A stretch of DNA of 64,000 bases from an uncultured Acidobacteriota bacterium (GTDB lineage Bacteria > Acidobacteriota > Thermoanaerobaculia > Multivoradales > SZUA-115), in contig CAWDVR010000004.1 in the NCBI GenBank assembly GCA_963805975.1, forward strand, positions 448,001 through 512,000, given 5' to 3'. The notes under the pieces were generated by a model. That model had not been told where the DNA came from. It was given only the letters and a program-made list of their open reading frames with translations, and ran no database searches. Numbering within the stretch: position 1 is the first letter of the stretch; each line of letters starts with the position of its first letter. This document shows, in pieces, positions 55,576 to 64,000 of this stretch. A program made the translations under genes and the position numbers.

Positions 55576-58490
55576 TAGGCCGCTCGCTACGGTTTCGTGG
55601 CCTTGCTTTGTTTTTCTGCCTGTGGGCGGCGCTCTGCGCATCCCAGGGCCTCGTCGCCCAGGCACCGGCCGAGCCCGTCGGGCCGACGGTGCTCGCCGTC
55701 GAGATCGCGAGCGACGTGCCGGTGGGCGGCAGGGGCTCGGTCCGCAACCTGATCGCCATCGAGCCCGGCAAGCCGCTGACCGAGGACGCGGTGCGCCGCA
55801 CCTTGACCAATCTCTACGCCAGCGGCACGGCCGGCGAGGTGGAGGTCTGGAGCCGGCCGTCGATCGATGCCCGGGGAGGCGAGGGCGTCGTGGTGACCGT
55901 GGTCCTGTGGGGCAACGTCCTCCTCTCCGAGGTCCGGGTCGAGGGCAATCTCGCCCTGCGCCGCGGGGTGGTCGAGCCGCTGGTGGTCCGGGGTGAAGGT
56001 CAGGCGCTGGTCGAAAGCCGTATCCTGCGCGGGGTCTACGATCTGCAGGAGCTCTACGAGCGGCGTGGCTACCTCGAGGCCCAGGTGCGCGTGCGCACCG
56101 AGCCGCGGGAGCCGGTCTCGGGCTCGGCGGCGGTGATCTACACCATCGACGCCGGCCCGCGCGCCACCGTCGGCGAGGTGGTGCTGGAGGGCGACCTCGG
56201 GCCGTTCACGCCCTTCGAGCTCATCGCGGCCCTCGACCTCTCGACCGGCGACATCTACAGCGGCCGCCGGAACGAGCAGGCCACCGAGCGCCTGCGCCGC
56301 TTCCTGGCCGAACGCGACTACCTCTCGGCCCGGGTCGACGAGCCGGTCGCGACCTACGACCGCGACACGGATCGCATGCGCCTCGAGGTCTTTCTCGACG
56401 TGGGCCCGAAGGTGCTGATCGAGGTCACCGGCGCCTCGCTCGAGAAGCTGCAGAAGAAGGATCTGCTGCCGCTGCTCGAGCCCGGCGGCTACGACGAAGG
56501 TCTGGTCTACCAGTCCGCCGACCGCATCCGGCGTTGGTATCAGCAGCGCGGCTACTACAAAGCCACGGTCGAGCCCGGGGTCGAGACCGTGGAAACGCCG
56601 GGAGAGAGCGCCGCCGGCGGGGAAGCCGCGGCAGGAGAGGCCGCGGCAGGGGTGGAAGAGGACACGGTGCGGCTCGCCTTCGTGGTCAACCAGGGCGAGA
56701 AGTTCACCCTGAAGGAGCTGCGCTTCGAAGGCAACGAGCGCTTCTCGGACGAGGAGCTGGCCAAGCTGATGACCACCTCGCCACGGAGCCTCTTCGCCCT
56801 GGGCAGCGGCCGGCTGGTGGACGAGGAGCTGGAAGCCGACGTCGAGAACCTGCGGGCCTACTACGCGCTCCAGGGCTTCGCCGACGTCGAGATCGAGCAG
56901 CCGGTGATCGGCGAGCAGGACGGCGAGCTGAGGGTCGTGATCCGTATCCGCGAGGGCGTCGACCGCCGGGTGGCGGGGCTCGCTTTCGAGGGCACGACCT
57001 ACTACACGCCCAAGGAGCTGGCGAGCGACCTCGAGAAGCTCGGTCTGCTCGAGGCCGGGGGCGCTTTCCACCGCCTGCTGCTCGAAGACAGCCTGACGCG
57101 GGTCCGTACCCGCTATCGTGAAGCCGGCTTCTCCGCCGTGCAGGTCTCGGCCGACACGCGCTGGAACGCCGACGAGACGCGGGTCGAGATCACTTTCCGG
57201 GTGCTCGAAGGGCCGCTCACCCTGGTGGACCGGGTGATCGTGCGCGGCAATACCAAGACGCTCGACCGCGTGGTGGAGCGCGCGATGAGCCTCGAGCCCG
57301 GCGACGCCGTGTCCGAGGCCCGCCTGCTCGAGGCCCAGCGCGACCTCTACCGGATGGGGATCTTCTCGCGCGCCGAGGTCAGCCTGGTGCCGGCCGACCC
57401 CGGTTCGACCACCCGCGACGTGCTGGCGCGGGTGGAGGAGGGCAAGACGCGCCGCGTGGTCTACGGCGTGGGCTACGACACCGAGGATGGCGCCCGCGGC
57501 CTGGTCGGCTTCTCGAACTCGAACCTCATGGGCCGCGGCTACGCCCTGGGAACGGACCTCCGCGTCGCGACCCGCGACTTCCAGGACGATCTCACCGGCC
57601 GCGCGCGCATCACCTTCGACCAGCCCCACGTCGGCCGGCTGGACGTGCCGGTCACCTACACGCTGTTCTACTTCGACGAGACCCGGCCCTCTTTCGACGT
57701 GAAGCGCTACGGCGGCCGCGTCGAGGTGTCGAAGGAGCTCACCGCGCGCGACCGCCTGAGCCTCTCCTACGACTACCGCATCGTCGAGCCCAACCTCGAC
57801 ATCGCCGTGCTGCGCGAGGAGCGGCGGGTCAGCGTCTCGAGCCTGATCCCCAACCTCTTCGTCGACCACCGCGACGATCCGGTGGACCCGACGCGCGGCC
57901 ACTCGCTCCTCGCGCAGTTGCAGTACGCCTTCCCGCTGGCCCTCTTCGGCACCGAGGAAGAGTTCCTGAAGCTCTTCACCCAGAGCACCTACATCCTGCC
58001 CCTCGGGCGGGCCGGCGTGCTGGCCGCGAGCCTGCGCCTGGGCGGCATCGAACCGTTCCGGGATCTCGATCCCGGCCTGCCCTCCGCCCGGGTCTCGATC
58101 TCGGAGCGCTTCTTCTCCGGCGGCGTCACCAGCCACCGCGCCTTCGACCTCGACGAGGTGGGCATCGTCGACGAGACCCTGCTGCGAGTCCCGAACAGCG
58201 GCGGCGGCTTCACCTTCACGCCGGTGGGCGGCAACGGTCTCGCCCTCCTCAATCTCGACTGGCGGTTCCCGATCGCCGGCGCCATCGGCGGCGTGGTGTT
58301 CGCGGACGCCGGCAACGTGTGGGTCGACTGGCGCGACATCGACCCTGCCGAGGCGCGGCTCGGGGCCGGCGTCGGGGTGCGCTACCGCTCGCCCATCGGC
58401 CCCATCCAGGCGGGCATCGCCTTCAAGCTCGACCGCCTGGAGTTCGAGGATCCCTGGGAAATCGTCATCTCGGTCGGCAACCCGTTCTAA
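55572..58490 (+). CDS. Omp85 family (TamA/BamA-like) protein with multiple POTRA domains
   Basis: POTRA repeats (FEGN..FS.EEL, YY...GF), FFSGG..SHRAF loop, G.G.RY.SPIGPI, terminal GNPF. Confidence 0.88.
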   Translation: MIGRSLRFRGLALFFCLWAALCASQGLVAQAPAEPVGPTVLAVEIASDVPVGGRGSVRNLIAIEPGKPLTEDAVRRTLTNLYASGTAGEVEVWSRPSIDARGGEGVVVTVVLWGNVLLSEVRVEGNLALRRGVVEPLVVRGEGQALVESRILRGVYDLQELYERRGYLEAQVRVRTEPREPVSGSAAVIYTIDAGPRATVGEVVLEGDLGPFTPFELIAALDLSTGDIYSGRRNEQATERLRRFLAERDYLSARVDEPVATYDRDTDRMRLEVFLDVGPKVLIEVTGASLEKLQKKDLLPLLEPGGYDEGLVYQSADRIRRWYQQRGYYKATVEPGVETVETPGESAAGGEAAAGEAAAGVEEDTVRLAFVVNQGEKFTLKELRFEGNERFSDEELAKLMTTSPRSLFALGSGRLVDEELEADVENLRAYYALQGFADVEIEQPVIGEQDGELRVVIRIREGVDRRVAGLAFEGTTYYTPKELASDLEKLGLLEAGGAFHRLLLEDSLTRVRTRYREAGFSAVQVSADTRWNADETRVEITFRVLEGPLTLVDRVIVRGNTKTLDRVVERAMSLEPGDAVSEARLLEAQRDLYRMGIFSRAEVSLVPADPGSTTRDVLARVEEGKTRRVVYGVGYDTEDGARGLVGFSNSNLMGRGYALGTDLRVATRDFQDDLTGRARITFDQPHVGRLDVPVTYTLFYFDETRPSFDVKRYGGRVEVSKELTARDRLSLSYDYRIVEPNLDIAVLREERRVSVSSLIPNLFVDHRDDPVDPTRGHSLLAQLQYAFPLALFGTEEEFLKLFTQSTYILPLGRAGVLAASLRLGGIEPFRDLDPGLPSARVSISERFFSGGVTSHRAFDLDEVGIVDETLLRVPNSGGGFTFTPVGGNGLALLNLDWRFPIAGAIGGVVFADAGNVWVDWRDIDPAEARLGAGVGVRYRSPIGPIQAGIAFKLDRLEFEDPWEIVISVGNPF

Positions 58491-58499
58491 GATCGGGGC

Positions 58500-59720
58500 A
58501 TGAGCCCCACCCCCCCACGCGAGCTGGCCGCCGTCGAGGAAGCGATCGAGCGCTTCCGGGCCGGCCGCATGGTCATCCTGGTCGACGACGAAGACCGCGA
58601 AAACGAGGGCGACCTCGCCATCGCGGCCGAGAAGGTGACTCCCGAAGCGATCAACTTCATGGCCCGGCACGGCCGCGGGCTGATCTGCCTGTCGCTCACG
58701 CCCGAGCGCTGCGACGAGCTCAAGCTGCCGCCGATGGTGGGCGAGAACACCTCCGCCTTCGGCACCGCCTTCACGGTCTCGATCGAGGCCCGCGGGCGGA
58801 CCACCACCGGCATCTCCGCCGCCGACCGCGCCGCCACCATCCTCGCCGCCGTCCACCCGGCGACCCGCGCCGAGGACCTGCTGCGCCCCGGCCACATCTT
58901 CCCGCTGCGCTCCAAGGCCGGCGGCGTGCTGGTCCGGGGCGGCCAGACCGAGGCCTCGGTGGACCTGGCGCGGCTCGCCGGCCTGAACCCGTCGGCGGTG
59001 ATCTGCGAGGTGATGAAGGACGACGGCACCATGGCGCGTCTGCCGGATCTCCTCGCCTTCGGCCGCGAGCACGACCTGCCGCTGGTCTCGGTCTCGGACC
59101 TGATGGCCCATCGGTTGCGCACCGAGACCGTGATCACCCGGCTCGCCTCGCCGACTCTGCCCACCCGCTGGGGCACCTTCCGGCTCGACGCCTACCGCGC
59201 TCTCTACACCGGCGAGGAGCACCTGGCGCTGGTCGCGGGCGAGGTGGACCGCGGCGGCCCGGTGCTCACCCGCATCCACAGCCAGTGCCTGACCGGCGAC
59301 CTCTTCGGCTCCGGCCGCTGCGACTGCGGCGGCCAGCTCGAGCAGGCGCTCGCAGCGATCGGCCGCGAGGGTCGCGGCATCCTGATCTACCTGCTCCAGG
59401 AAGGCCGCGGCATCGGGCTGATCAACAAGCTGCGCGCCTACGAGCTGCAGGAGGCGGGGCACGACACGGTCGAGGCCAACGAGAAGCTAGGCTTCCGGGC
59501 CGATCTCAGGGACTATGCGCACGCGGCCCAGATCCTCCGCTACCTCGGGGTCGGGAGCGTGCGGCTGATGACCAACAACCCGGCCAAGAGCGAGGCGCTG
59601 GTGCGCTACGGTATCGAGGTCGTGGACCGCCTGCCCCTCGAGGTGCCGCCCACCGAAGCGAGCCGCGACTACCTGCGCGCCAAGCGCGACAAGCTGGGTC
59701 ACCTGCTGCAGATGGTCTAG
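58500..59720 (+). CDS. ribBA: Bifunctional DHBP synthase / GTP cyclohydrolase II
   Basis: [50 protein letters not shown]. Confidence 0.96.
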   Translation: MSPTPPRELAAVEEAIERFRAGRMVILVDDEDRENEGDLAIAAEKVTPEAINFMARHGRGLICLSLTPERCDELKLPPMVGENTSAFGTAFTVSIEARGRTTTGISAADRAATILAAVHPATRAEDLLRPGHIFPLRSKAGGVLVRGGQTEASVDLARLAGLNPSAVICEVMKDDGTMARLPDLLAFGREHDLPLVSVSDLMAHRLRTETVITRLASPTLPTRWGTFRLDAYRALYTGEEHLALVAGEVDRGGPVLTRIHSQCLTGDLFGSGRCDCGGQLEQALAAIGREGRGILIYLLQEGRGIGLINKLRAYELQEAGHDTVEANEKLGFRADLRDYAHAAQILRYLGVGSVRLMTNNPAKSEALVRYGIEVVDRLPLEVPPTEASRDYLRAKRDKLGHLLQMV

Positions 59721-59723
59721 ATC

Positions 59724-60914
59724 CTGAAAATCCTCCTCGCCACCTCGCGTTGGCCCTGGCCCCCGCGGCGCGGGGACCAGCTCCGGGCCGCGCAGTGGAT
59801 CGAGCTCCTCGGGCCTGGGCACGAGCTGACGGTGCTGGTGCCGGTGCCGTCAGCGGGGGAGGCGCCGCCGCCCCCTGGCCTTCCCTGCCGGGTCCTCACC
59901 TACCAAGGACCCGGCCCGCTGGGGCGAGCCGCCGGAGTGCTGCGCGCCGGCGTGTCCGGCCGGCCGCTCCAGAACGGTCTCTTCGGCAGCGCGGATCTCG
60001 CCGCCCGGCTCGCCGAGCTCGCGCCACGGGTGGACGTCGTCACGCTCCAGCTCGTGCGTCTCGCGGGCTTCCTTCCGGCGCTGGGGGACGTGCCCCTGAT
60101 CGTCGACTTCATCGACAGCCTGGCATTGAACCTCGAGACCCGGGCCGCACGCGACCGGCCCTGGCTGGCGCCGCTGCTGCGCCTCGAGGCGGCGCGGCTG
60201 GCGCGTGCGGAAGAGCGGATGCTCGGCCGGGCCGGCCGCGGGATCGTGGTCTGCCGCCGCGACCGGGACGCCATGGGCGGCCGCCTCCCCCCCGCCCTGG
60301 CCGCGCGGCTGGAGGTGGTGCCGCTGGCGTTCGAGAGCGGCCCGTCCTCGTTCTGGCCCCCGGCGCCCCGTCCCACACCTGCCCGCTCCAGCGTGGTTTT
60401 TACCGGAAATCTCGGCTATTTCCCCAACCTCGATGCCGCCTTCTGGTTGATCGAGGAGCTGTGGCCGCGCTTGCGGAAGGCGCGGCCCGAGGTGTCGCTC
60501 TCGATCGCCGGCGACCGGCCGCCGGCTCGCCTGCTCCACGCTGCGCGCCGGGCGGGAGTCGAGATCGAGGTGTCTCCGGCTGATCTCGGACCGGTGCTCG
60601 CCGGGGCGACGCTGGCCCTGGCGCCTCTCGCTTGCGGGTCCGGCCAGCCGCTCAAGATCCTGGAAGCCTGGCGGCTCGGCGTGCCGGTGGTGGCGAGCTC
60701 CTGGGCCGCCGCCGGCACCACCGCGGAGCCGGGACGGGATCTTCTGATCGCGGACGGGCCCGACGCGTGGGTGGAGGCGATCTCCCGGCTCCTCGGTAGC
60801 GTGGGAGAGCGGGCGCGCCTGGCGGAGTCCGCGTACGCCAGGCTGGTGCGGGACTATGCCCCCCAAGAGGTCGCCACGAGCCTCGAAGCCAGCCTCCGCG
60901 GCGCCTTCAACTAA
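59724..60914 (+). CDS. GT4-family glycosyltransferase
   Basis: Frame extends upstream of the ORF-track start to (L)KILLATSRWPWPPRRGDQLR; VVFTGNLGYFPN, GSGQPLKILEAW..GVPVV. Confidence 0.85.
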   Translation: MKILLATSRWPWPPRRGDQLRAAQWIELLGPGHELTVLVPVPSAGEAPPPPGLPCRVLTYQGPGPLGRAAGVLRAGVSGRPLQNGLFGSADLAARLAELAPRVDVVTLQLVRLAGFLPALGDVPLIVDFIDSLALNLETRAARDRPWLAPLLRLEAARLARAEERMLGRAGRGIVVCRRDRDAMGGRLPPALAARLEVVPLAFESGPSSFWPPAPRPTPARSSVVFTGNLGYFPNLDAAFWLIEELWPRLRKARPEVSLSIAGDRPPARLLHAARRAGVEIEVSPADLGPVLAGATLALAPLACGSGQPLKILEAWRLGVPVVASSWAAAGTTAEPGRDLLIADGPDAWVEAISRLLGSVGERARLAESAYARLVRDYAPQEVATSLEASLRGAFN

Positions 60915-61130
60915 TCCATTCAACTACTCGAAAACATTCAAATTGTAAATCGCTAGACTGCATGTCAGCGGATTTCTTGACTCTCTTCTTCGTTGTCTAC
61001 ATTCCTGACGCTTGGCTGACGCCGGGTCTGCATGATGCGACCCAACATCGCTGTCAGAGCACCTGATCGCGAGTCGCTCTCGACCCACGCAATGGGCTTC
61101 GGTACTGGCTTCGCACTGAGGAGGGTTTCG

Positions 61131-64000
61131 ATGAAAGTTCGTGGAATCTTGTTTGGTCTGCTCGCGCTGGCTTTCCTCACCGCCACCCTGCCGGCTGCCG
61201 CACAGCTCGGTCCGGGTCCCTTCGCCGCCTTCCCGACCTCGGACGAGACGGACGGCCGCTTCCTGGGGTTCGGTTGCCCGGGTCTCCAGACCTTCGAGTC
61301 GGGGGTCTCGATCACGCTGGCGGCACAGCCCTCCGAGACCGACTTCACCCTGAGCATCTTCGACGGCGACTCGAGCGGTTCGGATCCGTTCGGTCACTGG
61401 GACATCGGCGACCGCCAGCTCCTCTACAGCCTGTACTTCGACCCGTTCCGCCAGGGGAACACCAACCCCGCGGACCTGGTGGGCCAGTGGACCGGCAACG
61501 CTCCCAACCCGCCCACCAACCCGGTCCCGGACCCGAACAAGCAGTGGACGACCTCGGCCGCCACCATGCCCGACAACGACTGGTGGGGCGTGACCATCCA
61601 GACCTCGGCCCCTGCACAGGCGATGCCGGGCGCGAACTTCTTCTACCACCTGCGGATCGACGCGGACGGGACCTGCGCCCCGCTGGAGCTCCTGGAAGCG
61701 AACATCAAGGTGGCGGCCTCGGCGCCCCTCAACTTCGCGGCGCCCCGGTTCGCCTTCGTGGCGGCGCTTCGGCAGCTCGAGGACATCGGGGTGATCTATC
61801 CCGGCGCTCCGTTCCCGGACCTGCCGGGCGGCCGTGGCTACATCGACGAGCCCACGACCAACGACGGCACGTTCCAGTTCGCGCTCAACATCCCGCCGGG
61901 GGCCACGACGCTGAACCTGTATGACGGCGACTTCGATCACGGCACCGACCCGGTGGACAATTTCGGGATTCCCTCCGGCGTGCCTCTGAATCCTTGCATG
62001 GACCTGGACGATCCGGACACGCCGGCGGACTACGGCAACTTCCCTTCCGGTGTAGGGACGGCGGGGGCAGACCCCGAGGGCGCGGTGCCCTTCGGCCAGC
62101 CGGCCGACGACGTTTCCTTCGACATCTTCCGCCGCGGCGAGCCGGCCTCTGCGGACCGCCTCGGCTGCGTGCGTTACGAGATCACGGATCCCGACGGCAA
62201 CGTCTACGCGAACAACAACCCGTCGAGCAACGTCGAATGGGAGCAGTTCCGCATCGTCAGCCTGAACGATCCCGACGCGGGCGACCCCAGTCTGTACGAC
62301 CACCTGGCGCCGACCCCGTTCCTGACTCCCGGGACCTGGGACGTGCGCGTGGTCGGCCTCGACATGTCGAACCTGAACTTCTGGTTCGCCGAGTTTGGCG
62401 TCTGCTCGAGCCTCGAGAACCCGCAGTTCTTCATGCCGCTCGACTTCGAGAAGAACGGTTTCGGCAACACGGTCGCCTCGGGGGTGGTGGTGGCGGAGCA
62501 GTGGGCCAACCTGGGCATCCACTTCAGCACCAATGACCCGGTCAACCATCCGATCAAGACCTTCGACTCGGCGTTCCCCTTCGCCCTCGAGCTGGACCTC
62601 GGCACTCCCAACGTCGACTTCTTCGGTCTGGGGGTCGGCGCCGGTGGCGGCGCCGGCCAGCCGGGTGAGAACCGGGTGCCGCAGCGCAACATCCTGGTGA
62701 TCGCCGACAGCCCGGAGGCCGACGGCAACTACGACGGCGGCGGCGTGATCATCGTGACCTTCGACTCGCCGCGCCAGCTCTCCGCCGTGGAGCTGCTGGA
62801 CATCGAGGAAGCGGGCGGCACGGTGCAGGCGTTCGACTCGCCCGTGGGCGGCTCGCTGCTGGCCTCGGCGGCGATCCCCACCCGCGGCGACAACGGCTTC
62901 GTCTCCGTCCCCCTGGTCTCTCCAGGCGTGCGCCGCCTGGAGATCACCTTGGTGGGCGAGGGCGGCGTGGTCGCCATCCGGTCGGGCCAGGCGTTCACCC
63001 CGTCCTGCCCGCCGCCGGTCTTTGCGCTGGGCGACACGGTGTTCTACGACGACAACGGCAACGGCACGCAGAACCCCGGTGACGACGGCATCGCCGGCGT
63101 GGTGATGGAGCTCCTGGCCAACGGCAACCCGACCCCGATCGCGTCCGCGATCACCGGTGACACGGCCAATCCCAACTTCAGCAAGTGCCGGAGCCTGAAC
63201 ACCGGCCTCGACGAGCAGGGCCTGTACTGCTTCCTGGTGCCGTCTGGCGATTACACGGTGCGGGTGGCGGCCTCGAACTTCGCTTCCGGCCAGCCGCTCT
63301 TCGGCCTGGGCTCCACCACCGGCGGCGAGACCCAGACCAACACCGTCAGCAACGCCAACGTCATGACCTACGACTTCGGCTACCGCGGCACCGGCTCGAT
63401 CGGCGACCGGGTGTGGCGCGACAATGACGGCGACGGCGTGCAGGACGGCGGCGGCGAGACGGGCATCAACGGTGTGACCGTGCGTCTGCTCGACGCGGAC
63501 GACAACGTGATCGACACGCAGGTGACCGCCGGCGACGGCGGTTACCTGTTCAGCAACCTGGGCCCGGGCGACTACACGGTGGAGGTGATCCCGGCGAGCT
63601 TGCCGGCGGGCCTCGATCAGACCTACGACCTGGATGGCGTCGGCACCCCCAACAGCGCGGCGGTGAGCCTGGCGGCGGGCCAGAACCGCACAGACGTGGA
63701 CTTCGGCTACCGCGGCACGGCCTCGATCGGCGACCGGGTGTGGCTGGACCTGGACGGCGACGGCGTGCAGGACGGCGGCGGTGAGACCGGCATCAACGGT
63801 GTGACCGTTCGCCTGCGGGATGCGGGCAACAACGTGATCGGTACGCAGGTGACGTCCGGCGACGGCAACTACCTGTTCACCAACCTGGCCGCCGGCACCT
63901 ACACGGTGGAGGTGGACTCGACGACCCTGCCGGCGGGCTTGGCGCAGACCTACGACCTGGACGGTCTCGGCACTCCGCACCGCGCCACGGCGAGCCTGGC
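61131..64000 (+). CDS. Large secreted/surface protein with SdrD B-like repeats (runs off the window)
   Basis: GAGGAGG RBS, ATG 61131, signal peptide MKVRGILFGLLALAFLTATLPAAA; in-frame IGDRVW.D.DGDGVQD...G.YLF.NL..G.YTV repeats from ~63020. Confidence 0.9.
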   Translation, partial: MKVRGILFGLLALAFLTATLPAAAQLGPGPFAAFPTSDETDGRFLGFGCPGLQTFESGVSITLAAQPSETDFTLSIFDGDSSGSDPFGHWDIGDRQLLYSLYFDPFRQGNTNPADLVGQWTGNAPNPPTNPVPDPNKQWTTSAATMPDNDWWGVTIQTSAPAQAMPGANFFYHLRIDADGTCAPLELLEANIKVAASAPLNFAAPRFAFVAALRQLEDIGVIYPGAPFPDLPGGRGYIDEPTTNDGTFQFALNIPPGATTLNLYDGDFDHGTDPVDNFGIPSGVPLNPCMDLDDPDTPADYGNFPSGVGTAGADPEGAVPFGQPADDVSFDIFRRGEPASADRLGCVRYEITDPDGNVYANNNPSSNVEWEQFRIVSLNDPDAGDPSLYDHLAPTPFLTPGTWDVRVVGLDMSNLNFWFAEFGVCSSLENPQFFMPLDFEKNGFGNTVASGVVVAEQWANLGIHFSTNDPVNHPIKTFDSAFPFALELDLGTPNVDFFGLGVGAGGGAGQPGENRVPQRNILVIADSPEADGNYDGGGVIIVTFDSPRQLSAVELLDIEEAGGTVQAFDSPVGGSLLASAAIPTRGDNGFVSVPLVSPGVRRLEITLVGEGGVVAIRSGQAFTPSCPPPVFALGDTVFYDDNGNGTQNPGDDGIAGVVMELLANGNPTPIASAITGDTANPNFSKCRSLNTGLDEQGLYCFLVPSGDYTVRVAASNFASGQPLFGLGSTTGGETQTNTVSNANVMTYDFGYRGTGSIGDRVWRDNDGDGVQDGGGETGINGVTVRLLDADDNVIDTQVTAGDGGYLFSNLGPGDYTVEVIPASLPAGLDQTYDLDGVGTPNSAAVSLAAGQNRTDVDFGYRGTASIGDRVWLDLDGDGVQDGGGETGINGVTVRLRDAGNNVIGTQVTSGDGNYLFTNLAAGTYTVEVDSTTLPAGLAQTYDLDGLGTPHRATASL
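63372..64000 (+). repeat. 327-bp tandem coding repeats (SdrD B-like domains)
   Basis: GACTTCGGCTACCGCGGCAC at 63372 and 63699, followed by highly similar sequence. Confidence 0.85.

Noticed and set aside
56600-56655. Short 15-nt tandem repeats in the Omp85 gene (GEAAA units)
   Set aside because: In-frame low-complexity linker between POTRA elements; no sign of phase variation.
61000-61130. c-di-GMP riboswitch ahead of the adhesin
   Set aside because: Could not find the GEMM consensus elements by eye.
51394-63980. Very long antisense ORFs (51394-55665, 55587-59462, 60924-63980), and similarly 1682-4549, 5090-7402, 11551-14109, 27701-30319 and 32788-35169
   Set aside because: Shadow frames opposite well-supported genes in GC3-biased DNA; no recognisable motifs.

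Overview
High-GC bacterial chromosomal window. The PadR plus duplicated-permease pair, the ECF/kinase and ECF/CHAT modules and the short PheT suggest Acidobacteriota (inference). Left to right: end of a kdp locus (kdpA', kdpF, a second micropeptide, kdpE, a short kdpD), def, a PLP dehydratase, parC and a vapBC pair. Next comes an ECF sigma / Zn-finger anti-sigma / TPR-CHAT protease / 72-aa peptide / Ig-repeat surface protein module and an SPFH pair. An accessory zone around two tRNA-Val genes holds a recombinase remnant, gene fragments, DsbA plus a 10-Cys secreted peptide, PadR/permease and TopIB. An ECF / Ser-Thr kinase module follows, whose two downstream secreted-protein genes share a promoter-like motif. 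The core block is thrS-rpmI-rplT-pheST-zapBA-6S RNA-rny-ymdB with no infC, then a second TA pair, lipid A/LPS modification genes, dxs-tlyA-nadK-tamB-tamA/bamA-ribBA-GT4 and the start of a large SdrD-B repeat protein. Best leads: (1) a dedicated DsbA paired with a disulfide-rich secreted miniprotein; (2) the TGATCCC-N16/17-CGCGTAT mini-regulon, which includes a second Cys-rich secreted precursor; (3) the CHAT/peptide signalling module; (4) a DXS with its canonical His49/Arg420/Arg478 equivalents substituted; (5) infC missing from its usual place, alongside apparent CTG starts and leaderless genes. All calls come from reading motifs by eye; no database search was run.
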